Positions 37,447-47,599 are shown, counted from the stretch's first letter. The stretch is 64,000 bases of DNA from Candidatus Omnitrophota bacterium (GCA_041650835.1 JBAZKL010000003.1:163682-227681), one strand, 5' to 3'. A program made the numbers and translations. Notes: generated by a model not told the origin, from the sequence alone.

Positions 37447-37662
37447 ATGCCAACACTCCTTTGTAATAATAACATTAATAATTATTATTTATCGAGAGAG
37501 AAAACAGCATAAGTAGTAAAATAACCAGATTGTATATAATTATATATAGGTAAGATTATATCTCAGAGCAAAAAGCCGGTCAAGAAAATAAAAAGGAGAG
37601 GCAACAATACCTGGTAAGCAAAGAAGTAACCGGGAATATCTTTACTAAGGGCCATAGTGCGT

Positions 37663-38850
37663 TTATTCGAGATACGTATAGATTTTCCCTTTATAGTTAC
37701 GCAAAACGTACTTACCCTTAGCCTGGGAAAGCAAATAATTGGAGCTAATAGGTATTTTTCCTCCGCCGCCGGGTCCGTCAATAACATAGGTCGGGACCGC
37801 GTACCCTGAAGTATGGCCGCGGAGCTTTTCCATAATATTAATTCCCGCGGCTACGGGAGTGCGAAAATGGCCGCTGCCCTTGACCGGGTCACATTGATAA
37901 ATATAATACGGGCGCACCCTGATCTTAAGCAGGTCATGCATCAGTTTACGCATGATATAGGGCCGGTCATTGATCCCCTGCAGCAAAACAGTCTGACTGC
38001 CTAACGGGATGCCCGCTTCAGAGAGCATGTCACAGGCGATCTTACAGCGCCTGGTGATCTCCTTAGGATGGTTGAAATGGATGCTCATCCAGATCGGAGA
38101 ATACTTCTTAAGCATAGAGATCAAATCTTCGGTAATACGCTGCGGCAGGGTCACCGGGACCCGGGTGCCGATACGCAAAAATTCGACATGAGGGATCGCG
38201 CGCAATTTCTTAAGTAACTCCCCCAGTACGTCATCTTCAAGCAATAAGGGATCGCCGCCTGAAATCAAGACGTCGCGGATCTTTTTATTGCCGCGTATAT
38301 ACTCGAGGGCCGCATCCAGCTTATTTAAAGACCCGACAACTCCGTTATCTTCCTTGCCCACCAGCCTTCTCCTGGTGCAATGACGGCAATACATAGCGCA
38401 TTGCTCGGTGACCAGGAGTAATATCCGGTCGGGGTAGCGGTGCACTAAATGCGGAGCGGGAGAATCGCGGTCTTCCGCGCAAGGGTCGACCATTTCGTAA
38501 GGCCCGACCTGAAATTCATTCATCGTGGGAACCGCTTGCCGCCTGATCGGGCAGCGGGTATCTTCCTGATCTATCAAAGTCGCCCAATACGGGGTAATAG
38601 CCATTGCCATGCGCCCTTTGGCATTTTTAATTCCTTCTTCCTCTTCGGGAGTAAGCTTAATAATCTGGCTGATCTGATCTAATTTGGTAACACGGTTCTT
38701 TAACTGCCACCGCCAATCTTCCCAATCCAGGGGGTTTATATCCTTATATAAGCTGATCTGCTGGTAATCCCTGCCCCTTTTCCCGGGTCGAACGGCTATC
38801 AAATTTTCTGGCAGTAATTTTTGGCCTTCAGTTACCACCGGATTATTCAT
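37663..38850 (-). CDS. kamA: L-lysine 2,3-aminomutase (radical SAM, KamA family)
   Basis: CAMYCRHCTRRR radical-SAM cysteine triad. KamA-specific blocks ITPYWATLIDQEDTRCPIRRQAVPT, HRYPDRILLLVTEQC and LISGGDPL. 395 aa, longer than EpmB-type enzymes. Confidence 0.9.
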   Translation of the reverse strand: MNNPVVTEGQKLLPENLIAVRPGKRGRDYQQISLYKDINPLDWEDWRWQLKNRVTKLDQISQIIKLTPEEEEGIKNAKGRMAMAITPYWATLIDQEDTRCPIRRQAVPTMNEFQVGPYEMVDPCAEDRDSPAPHLVHRYPDRILLLVTEQCAMYCRHCTRRRLVGKEDNGVVGSLNKLDAALEYIRGNKKIRDVLISGGDPLLLEDDVLGELLKKLRAIPHVEFLRIGTRVPVTLPQRITEDLISMLKKYSPIWMSIHFNHPKEITRRCKIACDMLSEAGIPLGSQTVLLQGINDRPYIMRKLMHDLLKIRVRPYYIYQCDPVKGSGHFRTPVAAGINIMEKLRGHTSGYAVPTYVIDGPGGGGKIPISSNYLLSQAKGKYVLRNYKGKIYTYLE

Positions 38851-39850
38851 TTTTTGCTTTCCTCCTTTTATAAGCGCTCATTAATATTGATTCGATCAAG
38901 TCGCCATAGGTCAGTCCGGCCGCGTAGGCCATGATCGGGAAATTCGATTCCTTAGGATTAAGGCCGGGGAGAGGATTGATCTCCAGGACATAGGGAATAT
39001 TATCCGCGCTGAGGCGGATATCCGTGCGGGAAATATCCAGGCATCCGACTGCCCGATGCGTGCGTAACGCGACTTCTTTGATTTTCTTCTCGGTTTCTTT
39101 GTCCAGGCGCGCCGGGCAATAGAATGTCGGGGTCAACCCCATCTCTTCATTTCCCTGGAATTCTTTCATCCTCCAGGAATAAAAATATTCGCCGCTTTTA
39201 GCGCAGCTGGTAAAATCGATTTCCAGGATAGGCAAGACATCTATCTTACCGTTTTCCAGGATCCCGACGGTAAACTCCCTGCCTTCGATGAACTCCTCCA
39301 CTAACACTTCCTGCTTATAAAGAGAAATGATCTCATGGGCCTTGGCAAAAAGCTCTTTCGGCGAATGGACCACATTTGATTTATTAATACCCTTAGCGGA
39401 ACCCTCGCAATTCGGCTTGAGGATCAAAGGGAAGCGTAACGCCGGGTCTAATTTTTCATTCCCCTTAACTAAGATCTGGAACGCCGGGGTGGGAATATTC
39501 TCCGCTTTGAGGATTTTTTTGGTAAGCGCTTTGTTTAAAGCCAGCGCCAGCGAAAGGGTATTAGATCCGGTATACGGGATATCCAAGTAATCCAGGATCG
39601 CGGGAACCTCGGATTCGCGGAACTTGCCGTGGTTTCCTTCAGCGATATTAAAAACCATGTCCGCGCCATGCTTCTTGAAGAAAGAAAAAAGGTTGGAGCG
39701 CTCCACGTCGATATAATCGACACTATGCCCCCTGGAACGCAGCGCGGAAGTGATCGCATTGATGGTCTCTTCGGAATCAAACTCTGAAAAATAATCCGGA
39801 GGCTTTGTTCCGTCTTCTTTCTTTAAATTACACGTCAGGGTAATTTTCAC
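38843..39850 (-). CDS. ATP-grasp ligase, D-Ala-D-Ala ligase-like
   Basis: Ddl-like N-terminal domain. ATP-grasp motifs ILKPNCEGSAKGI, EEFIEGREFTVGIL and the C-terminal LEINPLPGL. It overlaps kamA by 8 nt. Confidence 0.75.
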   Translation of the reverse strand: MKITLTCNLKKEDGTKPPDYFSEFDSEETINAITSALRSRGHSVDYIDVERSNLFSFFKKHGADMVFNIAEGNHGKFRESEVPAILDYLDIPYTGSNTLSLALALNKALTKKILKAENIPTPAFQILVKGNEKLDPALRFPLILKPNCEGSAKGINKSNVVHSPKELFAKAHEIISLYKQEVLVEEFIEGREFTVGILENGKIDVLPILEIDFTSCAKSGEYFYSWRMKEFQGNEEMGLTPTFYCPARLDKETEKKIKEVALRTHRAVGCLDISRTDIRLSADNIPYVLEINPLPGLNPKESNFPIMAYAAGLTYGDLIESILMSAYKRRKAKNE

Positions 39851-39871
39851 CCTGCCCTTCCTTTCTTATAC

Positions 39872-40864
39872 TTATATAAGATTACACCGCTTCAACGCGC
39901 TTTTCAAGATCCTGCCGATGACCTCGTTATATGAAATACCGAGGGCCTTGGCAACCGCCATAAAGACATCCTCCGAGGAAAGCGACGGCAGCGGATTGAT
40001 CTCTAAAACATAGGGCTTGCCTTTTTCATCAACGCGGAAATCAACCCTGCCGAAATCACGGCATTCAATCGCGTTATACGTGGCAAGCGCCAGACTGGTT
40101 AATTCAGCAGCCAGCTCCGGCTTTATCTTTGCCGGGCAGACATATTCCAGGGCATCCGACTTAATATGCCCGAAGGTATAGAATTTATCATTGAGCTTCA
40201 ATTTACCGTCGATCTTGATCTGCACGATCGGCATCACCTCCGCGGGGTCATTGCCGATAACGGCGACGGTAAATTCTTCCCCGCGAATGAACTCCTCAAC
40301 CAGCGCGGGCTGTTTATAGGTATTGATCACGTAGTCGACCTGCCGCTTTAATTCATCTTTATTCTCCACGCGGGAATTATCGTTCATCCCTTTGGAAGAC
40401 CCTTCAAAGCGCGGTTTAACGATCATCGGGAAATGGGCGTGGTCCATCTCCGCGAATGAGGTATCATCCGGCTTGACCTCAAATGATTTCGGCGTCCTGA
40501 TACCGTCGGCAACGAAGATCTTCTTCGCCATCAGCTTATCGAGCGACAGACCCAGGCTCAAAGCGTCGGCGCCGACAAAAGGAACTCCTGCCATCTCCAG
40601 CAAAAGCGGCACCTGCGATTCACGGTTCCTGCCGGAAACACCTTCCGAGATATTAAAAACAATATCCACTTTCAGATTACTGATATTATCCAGGAGGTTA
40701 GCCACATTCCCGATCTTTTTTACCTTAAACCCTTGAGACTCGATGGCTTTGGCAATAACATCGATAGTCGACGGATGGTCGAATTCGGCGTTCGCGTCCG
40801 GAGGATCTCCCTCCTTGAATTCGTAATCAGATTTTAAGTCGTATGTTAAACCGATGATTTTCAT
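39872..40864 (-). CDS. ATP-grasp ligase, D-Ala-D-Ala ligase-like, second paralog
   Basis: MIVKPRFEGSSKGM, EEFIRGEEFTVAVIG, VDFRVDEKGKPYVLEINPLPSL. It is paralogous to the ATP-grasp gene downstream. Confidence 0.75.
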   Translation of the reverse strand: MKIIGLTYDLKSDYEFKEGDPPDANAEFDHPSTIDVIAKAIESQGFKVKKIGNVANLLDNISNLKVDIVFNISEGVSGRNRESQVPLLLEMAGVPFVGADALSLGLSLDKLMAKKIFVADGIRTPKSFEVKPDDTSFAEMDHAHFPMIVKPRFEGSSKGMNDNSRVENKDELKRQVDYVINTYKQPALVEEFIRGEEFTVAVIGNDPAEVMPIVQIKIDGKLKLNDKFYTFGHIKSDALEYVCPAKIKPELAAELTSLALATYNAIECRDFGRVDFRVDEKGKPYVLEINPLPSLSSEDVFMAVAKALGISYNEVIGRILKSALKRCNLI

Positions 40865-41078
40865 GGCATATAAAAAATAAAGGCTCTTCCGTCCAAGAGC
40901 CTTTTTAAGCTTTTACCTGATTTTTCCAATGTCCTTACCTATCCTCCATAAAATTGGTAAATACCTCATTGATACATTTATTTTTTTATCACATCTGCCG
41001 ACTTTGTCAAGTATTTTCTATCGACGGGAAAGCGGACTTGAGAAAAAATCTTTTCACCGCGGCGAATTATCGACGGAA

Positions 41079-41816
41079 TTACGCCGCGAATTCAACGTTT
41101 CCCCAGCTTGCGAAGCTGTTCCCCAGGACGACAACCACGCCGCTGACCCCTTTAAACGAGCGGGCAAAACCAACTGCCGCAGGCAGGTCTTTTTTTGCGT
41201 GCACGCGGTTGGCGACGGCGGTAGCGACGGCATCGGCAAATGAGGCATCGGCGGCGATAATAACGACGCTGTCGGCGCAACCGAAGCTCAGCGAATGCCC
41301 GAAGGTACCCGTTGATGCGCAAATCCCGATGGGGCGGCCCTGAGGCTTCACCTTAAGAAAAAGTTTCGCCGATACCAAGGAATCCCCCGCGTAAATACCG
41401 AGGATACGGGCGCGGGTTGTTTTCAGAAAAATGTCTCCCCCGTTCTCGATAATAACATCGCGATAGCCCCGGCGCAGAAGGCACTGCCCCAGGAACTTCG
41501 CGATCGCCCCTGCCACCGCCGCCATCGGCCCGACATTCGCCCGGCGAGCGGCCCGGCCCATATCTCTGACGATCGCCGGTGAGCGCGTTTCCACCGCAAG
41601 CGGGGTGAGGCTCGTCAGAAAACGGCGGTCTTTCTGAATATAACTTTCGATTTGCCGCCGGTAGTAAAGGACCTTGCCTTCAATAAAAGCACGATCAACC
41701 GGCTTGTCGGTTAAGATGTGCAAATCGGTTTCCCGCACAATAACTTCAGTCTTGCACAAACCTTCGGCCTTCACCCACTCCCGGTAAAACCGTTTCTGAT
41801 ACTTATTGCTTTTCAT
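41079..41816 (-). CDS. Conserved hypothetical protein, UPF0280-like
   Basis: 245 aa. GPMAAVAGAIAKFLG...ENGGDIF...GICASTGTFGHSLSFGCADSVVIIAADASFADAVATAVANRV is reminiscent of the UPF0280 family. The assignment is from memory only. Confidence 0.4.
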   Translation of the reverse strand: MKSNKYQKRFYREWVKAEGLCKTEVIVRETDLHILTDKPVDRAFIEGKVLYYRRQIESYIQKDRRFLTSLTPLAVETRSPAIVRDMGRAARRANVGPMAAVAGAIAKFLGQCLLRRGYRDVIIENGGDIFLKTTRARILGIYAGDSLVSAKLFLKVKPQGRPIGICASTGTFGHSLSFGCADSVVIIAADASFADAVATAVANRVHAKKDLPAAVGFARSFKGVSGVVVVLGNSFASWGNVEFAA

Positions 41817-42464
41817 TTATTCGTTATTTTCGTTAATCTCTTCTATCTTGACGCCGCAGGAAGCCAAGTCTTTTTTAAGCTGTGCTGTCCCCTGATAGAC
41901 AAACGCCCGGATACCCAGCAAACGGGCCTTCGCCACTAAATCCGCCCGGTCATCGACGTAAAAGGTTTCCGGCGGCGCCACCCCCAGCGCTTTCATTGCT
42001 TGAATATAGATCTGCGGATGAGGCTTCGTCAAGTGGGCTTCAAAAGAAGTAAAGATATCGGGGAAAATGTCAAAAAGCGCGTACTGTTTCTTGATATACT
42101 CAAAATGTAACACATTGGTATTAGAAAGGAGCGCCACAATATATTCCTGCCGCAGCCGCGCCGCTATTTGCGCCGTTGATATATTATCCTGCGTCAAAAA
42201 GAAGATCTCGTTCCATACCGGCTTGAAAGCCTTATAGCTGAGGGAAAGCCGCAGGATCTTTTTTATCTTTGAGAAAAAATCCTGCGGAGAGAGCCTGCCT
42301 TCTTCAAAAGACTTCAGGAGCTTAACCGCCCCGAACACGCGGGAGAAAATTTCCTCGGGCTTTTTGTCCGTGAAAGCGGATATCCTGGAGGCCGCCCGCA
42401 TAGTATCAAAGCTGACCAGGACATTGCCCAGGTCGAAAATAACCGCCTTCAGAGGGGTGCTCAT
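41817..42464 (-). CDS. HAD-superfamily hydrolase
   Basis: Motif I VIFDLGNVLV has the Asp nucleophile in the DxG context. The C-terminal YVDDR(A) is a motif IV-like acidic pair. 215 aa. Confidence 0.75.
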   Translation of the reverse strand: MSTPLKAVIFDLGNVLVSFDTMRAASRISAFTDKKPEEIFSRVFGAVKLLKSFEEGRLSPQDFFSKIKKILRLSLSYKAFKPVWNEIFFLTQDNISTAQIAARLRQEYIVALLSNTNVLHFEYIKKQYALFDIFPDIFTSFEAHLTKPHPQIYIQAMKALGVAPPETFYVDDRADLVAKARLLGIRAFVYQGTAQLKKDLASCGVKIEEINENNE

Positions 42465-42481
42465 AGTATGCTCAACAATAA

Positions 42482-43453
42482 TTAATTATTGGTATCCCGT
42501 GATTTTTTAAATAAGTCGAGGAACCGGTCTTCGTATTCCCGGTAGACATTCCACTTATCCAGTTCAGCTTTTAATTGATGGGCTTTTGAGATATCCGTCT
42601 TTGCGTCAACGAAAAGACTTTCGATCTTTTCTTTCACGGACTGAGGAAGCCTGGTGAGTTGGCTGAGGCTTTTCTTTATCTTTTCGATCTCTTCTTCGTT
42701 AATAGGCGCAGGCGACGAAGGGCCGCCGGCCTTCAAAAAGTCCAGAAGTTTATTGATCTGTTCCTCCACGCCATGGGTTTGTTCAATCAGGCCGGTAAAA
42801 TCTATCCGGAGATTAATGATCTTGCAGAGAGACTCCAGAAGGATAAGAGAAGCACGGGGATTCTCGATCTGGATAGTATAGAGCGGGATCTCCCCTAACA
42901 GGCAGAGGCCGTCCAGGCCTTCGCGTTTTGCCAAGCCTAAAAAGAGGCCGTTCAAACCGCTGATCTGGCCTTCGGATAACACCTGCAGGCCAAGCTTCTT
43001 TAAACCGGCGATAAGCTGCGGCGACGTCGCGGTTAACCAGACATTCGGCGGCTGATTATGATCGATAGGCTGCGGCATGGCGGCAAAGCCGATCACCGTT
43101 TTTACTTTATACGCCTTAGCCAGATTAATTATCCGTTCACAGTATTCTTCGGCCTGCTCTAAATCAGGCTGTGAATCGCTGGCAAAGATGATCAGGTCAT
43201 TTTTACCTGTTTTATTCTTCCAGAAATAGAATTTGTTTTTCGGCAGCTCAGGCAGCCGCAAGATCCCGTCAACGACATTACTTCCCGTCAGATAGAAGAA
43301 GTCTTTCGGTGGGATCTCGGCGAATTCAATAGCCGCGAGTTTTTCAATAAGGTATGTTGCCGCTTTGATCGCGACTTCCCCCATGCCGGGCCATGCCACA
43401 ATTAAATACGGGCTCTTCAGCCGCGGTTTTTTATACACCCTAATACCTTCCAT
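42482..43453 (-). CDS. PAC2-family (proteasome assembly chaperone-like) protein
   Basis: The N-terminal PYLIVAWPGMGEVAIKAATYLIEKL matches the PAC2 signature (LI.G.PG.G.V). 323 aa. Confidence 0.5.
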   Translation of the reverse strand: MEGIRVYKKPRLKSPYLIVAWPGMGEVAIKAATYLIEKLAAIEFAEIPPKDFFYLTGSNVVDGILRLPELPKNKFYFWKNKTGKNDLIIFASDSQPDLEQAEEYCERIINLAKAYKVKTVIGFAAMPQPIDHNQPPNVWLTATSPQLIAGLKKLGLQVLSEGQISGLNGLFLGLAKREGLDGLCLLGEIPLYTIQIENPRASLILLESLCKIINLRIDFTGLIEQTHGVEEQINKLLDFLKAGGPSSPAPINEEEIEKIKKSLSQLTRLPQSVKEKIESLFVDAKTDISKAHQLKAELDKWNVYREYEDRFLDLFKKSRDTNN

Positions 43454-43488
43454 AATATAATCTCCTTAATGAAGCCCAGTACTTAAGG

Positions 43489-44613
43489 CTAAAATTTAAG
43501 ATCTTTTAAGAACCTCTCCAGAACGACCGTCCCCTGATACAGGTTATCCAGCGAAACATATTCATTAATGATATGGGCGCAGCCTTCAGAACCAAAACCC
43601 GTTGCCACCGCGGGAATATGCCTGTCCTGAAAGAAGGTAATGACCGTCGCTCCTTCAGACCCGCAAATCCGCGGGGATACCTTACACTGGCGCATCGCGG
43701 CGGTCAAATATTTTACCAACGGATGCCCTTCATCGATGAGATAGGGTTTTTGGATACCCTCAACTTCTATCGCGAATTTCCGGCTGTGCTTCTTTACAAT
43801 ACTTTTTAACAACCGCAGGATAACTTGAGCGTCTGTCCCCGGTAAAAACCGGAAATCCAGTTCAAATTCACACCAATCGGCGACCACATTTACTTTATCG
43901 CCTCCTTTAATGGTCCCGACATTGATAGTGGGAGGCTGTAAATACCGGTTCTTTCTAAAAGGAATTTTGCTTTTTTTAAGCTCTGAAACTATCCTGACCG
44001 CGGCATCAATAGCGTTATCGCCGCGCCAGGGATAAGCGCCATGGGCCCTTTTGCCTTCAAGCACAACTTTAACGTGCAAAAGGCCTTTCTGCGCTACAAT
44101 AACCTCAAATTCCTCGGAATCAAGCACCACCGCCGCGTCAACTTTTATTATACCCTTTTTAAGCAGCGGAATCAATCCCCACGTAGAACCGCTTTCTTCG
44201 TCGGCTGTGGCAGCCAGTACCAGATTATAATACAAACCCGCCTTATCTTCAACAATACTGTTTATTGCTTCGACGCAGCAGGCAAGATTCCCCTTACAAT
44301 CGGTAGCGCCGATACCATAAAGTTTATTTTGAGCAACCACGCCGGCGAAAGGATCAATTCGCCATTTTCTGCCGGCAGGGACCGTATCTAAATGAGGCGT
44401 GACCAGGAGCGAATGCTTCGCATGTTTAGCCGGTAAATACGCAAGGAGATTAGGGCGGTTTTTCTTAAATTCCACTATTTTCACGCGCAGGCTGAGCTTT
44501 TCCAGGTATGCCTTAAGAAAACAGGCAATTGCCGTTTCATTACCGGGAGGATTTTGAGAATCTATCTTTATTAACGACCGGGTTAGATCTATTAATCGTT
44601 TTTTATTGATCAT
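43489..44613 (-). CDS. M20-family metallopeptidase / deacylase (ArgE/DapE-like)
   Basis: LLVTPHLDTVPAG and YGIGATDCKGNLA are metal-binding motifs of the M20 family. A dimerisation-domain insert is present. 374 aa. Confidence 0.85.
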   Translation of the reverse strand: MINKKRLIDLTRSLIKIDSQNPPGNETAIACFLKAYLEKLSLRVKIVEFKKNRPNLLAYLPAKHAKHSLLVTPHLDTVPAGRKWRIDPFAGVVAQNKLYGIGATDCKGNLACCVEAINSIVEDKAGLYYNLVLAATADEESGSTWGLIPLLKKGIIKVDAAVVLDSEEFEVIVAQKGLLHVKVVLEGKRAHGAYPWRGDNAIDAAVRIVSELKKSKIPFRKNRYLQPPTINVGTIKGGDKVNVVADWCEFELDFRFLPGTDAQVILRLLKSIVKKHSRKFAIEVEGIQKPYLIDEGHPLVKYLTAAMRQCKVSPRICGSEGATVITFFQDRHIPAVATGFGSEGCAHIINEYVSLDNLYQGTVVLERFLKDLKF

Positions 44614-44639
44614 GTTTTTCCTCGGTTATTGTCTCGGTA

Positions 44640-47543
44640 CTAGAACGCGTGGCTCAAACCTATCCAAAAATGCGTATCCTCTTTCGGATCATTGATAGGC
44701 CGGGCGATATCAAGGCGCAGCACCGCCTTTTCCAGAAATCCGGCAATATCAAAATGCAGGCGCAAGCCTAACCCCGCGTCCTTCTTAAAATGAGCGCCTT
44801 CAAAATCGTTATGCCAGGCCTTGGCGATATCAAAAAATCCGACGCCCTGAATTTTATTCAGGCAAAAAACATTGTCCAGGAAATACATTTTCATATCTTT
44901 GGTCAAAGGAAAACGGTACTCCGCCGTTCCTAAAACCATACGCGCCCCCTGGATCGTTTCCCTGCCATACCCCCGCAATCCATCCGCGCCTCCCAAATCA
45001 AAAAGGTCCTTATCTCCCGGGCCTCCCCATCCAACCTTGAGGCGTGTCGCTATTTTCTGTGAAAGCTTCGGCACCAGCAGGCGGTAATTATCCAATTCTA
45101 AACTCGTGCGCCAAAAAGATTCTTTTCCTCCCAGGAAATGTCCGGCAAATTCCTGCTGAGGGGTGAATTTCCAGCCATAATCCGGATCTGCATACGGGCC
45201 GTACCGGCACAAAGAAGCGGCCATGCCGACGATCGATTCATCCGTTTTTCGATAAACGGTATTGCGGGCGTCTTCCGCGCCATTAACAGCGGCCTGTTGA
45301 TCAAGTTTTTGATCCCTTAAAAGATACAAAGTAACATGATCATTAAGGTCAAAAATGCCGTACCGCGCCGGCCATAGTTCTCGCCTGATATAAAGCTTGC
45401 CGCCGGACACATCTTTACGGCGCGTACGGTAATTGCGGTTAAAAACCTCAAGCCCCACGGACACCTGTTTATTGAAAAGGTGGGGCAACTCATAGCCGGC
45501 CGTATATTCCGACTCTTTATCATTAAAATCGTAGAGAGAAGAAAATTTCACCAGCCCATCATAGGGCTTTGCCGCCGAGGCAGCCGCCCCCATCCGCGAC
45601 CCCCGAAGATCAGGGCCGAAAACCACATTATAAGATCCGGCAGGCATCAGGGAAGGGATCTCATAGGCAAAGAAATACCAGGGGACCGGCTTAAGAAAAA
45701 TATGCCGCGGCCAGGAATTGTTTACCCGGTCCACATCCAGGATGATCTTATTATCCGGATCGACCACGACTTGAGAAACCGCCTTGCCGGCATCAAGAGG
45801 TAAAGCTATATCCCGCCCGCGCCCGTCCCACTGAAAAACACTTTGCGTTTGGTCGCGATAAACGACCCTTGCTTCAACCGGCATTTCGATCGAACCGCGG
45901 TTTTCTAAAACAAACGCCCCTTCACCCGACGGCTTCACGGCATAATCGCAGGTTTTCTTGGTCTTCAGCCAATTATTAAAGAATCCGGTCAAGTCTTCGC
46001 CCGATTCCTCATTACAGATCCTCACAAGATCACTCAATGCGAAATTCTTGAACCTGAATTCTTCGGTATAACGCTTCATGATCCGCTCGAACACCCGGCT
46101 GCCGACGAAAGCCTCGAGCATTTCCAAAACAGCGGCGCCCTTGCCGTAGGTCAAGGCGAATATCGATGAGGGCTCCTGAAAGCTCGAAAGGTCGCTTACG
46201 ACCGGCCCATCGAGAGAATTTTTCGCCAGGTACAGGTAACGGGCGACCGTTGAGCCGTGAAATGTAAAATCAGGAATTAGCCACCGTAGCGCCGGCGGCA
46301 AAGTCAGAACGGAGGCGTTCTTCCCGTAAACATGCTCCAAATAACGTAATATCCAATATGAATTCATGCCCTCATCAAGGAACATCTCCCTGTATTCATC
46401 GGAACCGATGATATTATAAAACCATTGATGGCCGGTCTCATGCGATATGAGGAAATTAAAATAGCGCTCCAAAAACCCGGGGACCCGATAAACGCGCGTA
46501 TCAATAAATATAAAACTGGAAGACTGGCACCCGCCGTATCCTAAATAACTCGGGACAATGGAAAAATTCTTATACGGATACGGCCCGAAGCGTTCGGCGT
46601 AAAACCGCATTAATGACGCGGCGTAATCGGCGGCGGAAACCGCTCTTTTTTCGTCGCCTTTAAGATAATACGAATAGATCGTCGCATCGCCATACGCAAG
46701 TTTATGCACTAAAAATGACCTGCTGAGCCCCAATGAAAAGTCCCTCACCGGGAATTCCGTCTCCATAACAAGGGTTTTTGTCCCGTCAGGGTTGTCTGTT
46801 TGGCCTTTTACTAAAGCCGTTGAAGCCACGATCTCATCCCGCGGCAGAGTAAAGGTGACCTTATAATAAGCGGCTTCACTGAAATAAGGCTGGTGATAAA
46901 TATAAAAAGGATAATTATGCCACCCAGATTTATCCACAACGCTTAAGATCGGATACCAGCGGGCAAGGCTGGTGATCTCCCGGTGCCAGCCGAACCTGCC
47001 GTATGCGTGAGGTATCTCGACCTTGAAATCCAAGGTAACCTCTTGAGTATCACCGGGTTTAAGCGGTGAATCAAGCTCAACCTTAAGGATCGTCCGGTCA
47101 TCGCCTTCCACGCGGTAAGCAAGCGCCGAACCCTTCGCGGATACTTTTTCTATTTTTAGATCTCCCCCCTGAAATCCTTCAGGGAAAGGATTCATTTTGA
47201 AATAACCGGCATACCGGTACATGAAACCGATCTCTTTTTTTGTGTACGTGCGGTGAGGATAGATATGAAAATAAAGGGCATCAAGGGGAATGTCGGTGTT
47301 ATTGGTAAACGCGACTTTCTGGCTGGCCGCGATAGTATGATTTTTAGTATCCAACTCGGCGGTAATATCATAGCGGGGGCATTCGGCGGCGTAAGAAAGT
47401 AAGAAATTGAAAACAAAAAGGCAAAAGAAAAACGCAAGAAACAATACAAACCTTACGCTCTTATTCATATCAAAAACTCCTGATTTTCCGGGTGCCCCAG
47501 TCGCCAGTACACCAGTTACTATAACTATGGACCATAGTCTCAA
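44640..47543 (-). CDS. Fusion protein: N-terminal M1-type (aminopeptidase N-like) zinc metallopeptidase domain plus C-terminal Omp85/BamA-type outer-membrane beta-barrel
   Basis: The N-terminal hydrophobic region carries alternative starts (M1 or MNKSVRF). The gluzincin motif is HETGHQWFYNIIGSDEYREMFLDEGMNSYW (HExxH...E). The C-terminal ~350 aa have amphipathic beta-strand periodicity, the Omp85 signature FDLGGADGLRGYG (LGG...LRGY) and a terminal aromatic (...WIGLSHAF). Confidence 0.7.
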   Translation of the reverse strand: MRLWSIVIVTGVLATGAPGKSGVFDMNKSVRFVLFLAFFFCLFVFNFLLSYAAECPRYDITAELDTKNHTIAASQKVAFTNNTDIPLDALYFHIYPHRTYTKKEIGFMYRYAGYFKMNPFPEGFQGGDLKIEKVSAKGSALAYRVEGDDRTILKVELDSPLKPGDTQEVTLDFKVEIPHAYGRFGWHREITSLARWYPILSVVDKSGWHNYPFYIYHQPYFSEAAYYKVTFTLPRDEIVASTALVKGQTDNPDGTKTLVMETEFPVRDFSLGLSRSFLVHKLAYGDATIYSYYLKGDEKRAVSAADYAASLMRFYAERFGPYPYKNFSIVPSYLGYGGCQSSSFIFIDTRVYRVPGFLERYFNFLISHETGHQWFYNIIGSDEYREMFLDEGMNSYWILRYLEHVYGKNASVLTLPPALRWLIPDFTFHGSTVARYLYLAKNSLDGPVVSDLSSFQEPSSIFALTYGKGAAVLEMLEAFVGSRVFERIMKRYTEEFRFKNFALSDLVRICNEESGEDLTGFFNNWLKTKKTCDYAVKPSGEGAFVLENRGSIEMPVEARVVYRDQTQSVFQWDGRGRDIALPLDAGKAVSQVVVDPDNKIILDVDRVNNSWPRHIFLKPVPWYFFAYEIPSLMPAGSYNVVFGPDLRGSRMGAAASAAKPYDGLVKFSSLYDFNDKESEYTAGYELPHLFNKQVSVGLEVFNRNYRTRRKDVSGGKLYIRRELWPARYGIFDLNDHVTLYLLRDQKLDQQAAVNGAEDARNTVYRKTDESIVGMAASLCRYGPYADPDYGWKFTPQQEFAGHFLGGKESFWRTSLELDNYRLLVPKLSQKIATRLKVGWGGPGDKDLFDLGGADGLRGYGRETIQGARMVLGTAEYRFPLTKDMKMYFLDNVFCLNKIQGVGFFDIAKAWHNDFEGAHFKKDAGLGLRLHFDIAGFLEKAVLRLDIARPINDPKEDTHFWIGLSHAF

Positions 47544-47599
47544 GTCTCAAGTCGCAGGTCGCATGATACATGTTGTCGATGGTTCATGGAAGAAAGGAT

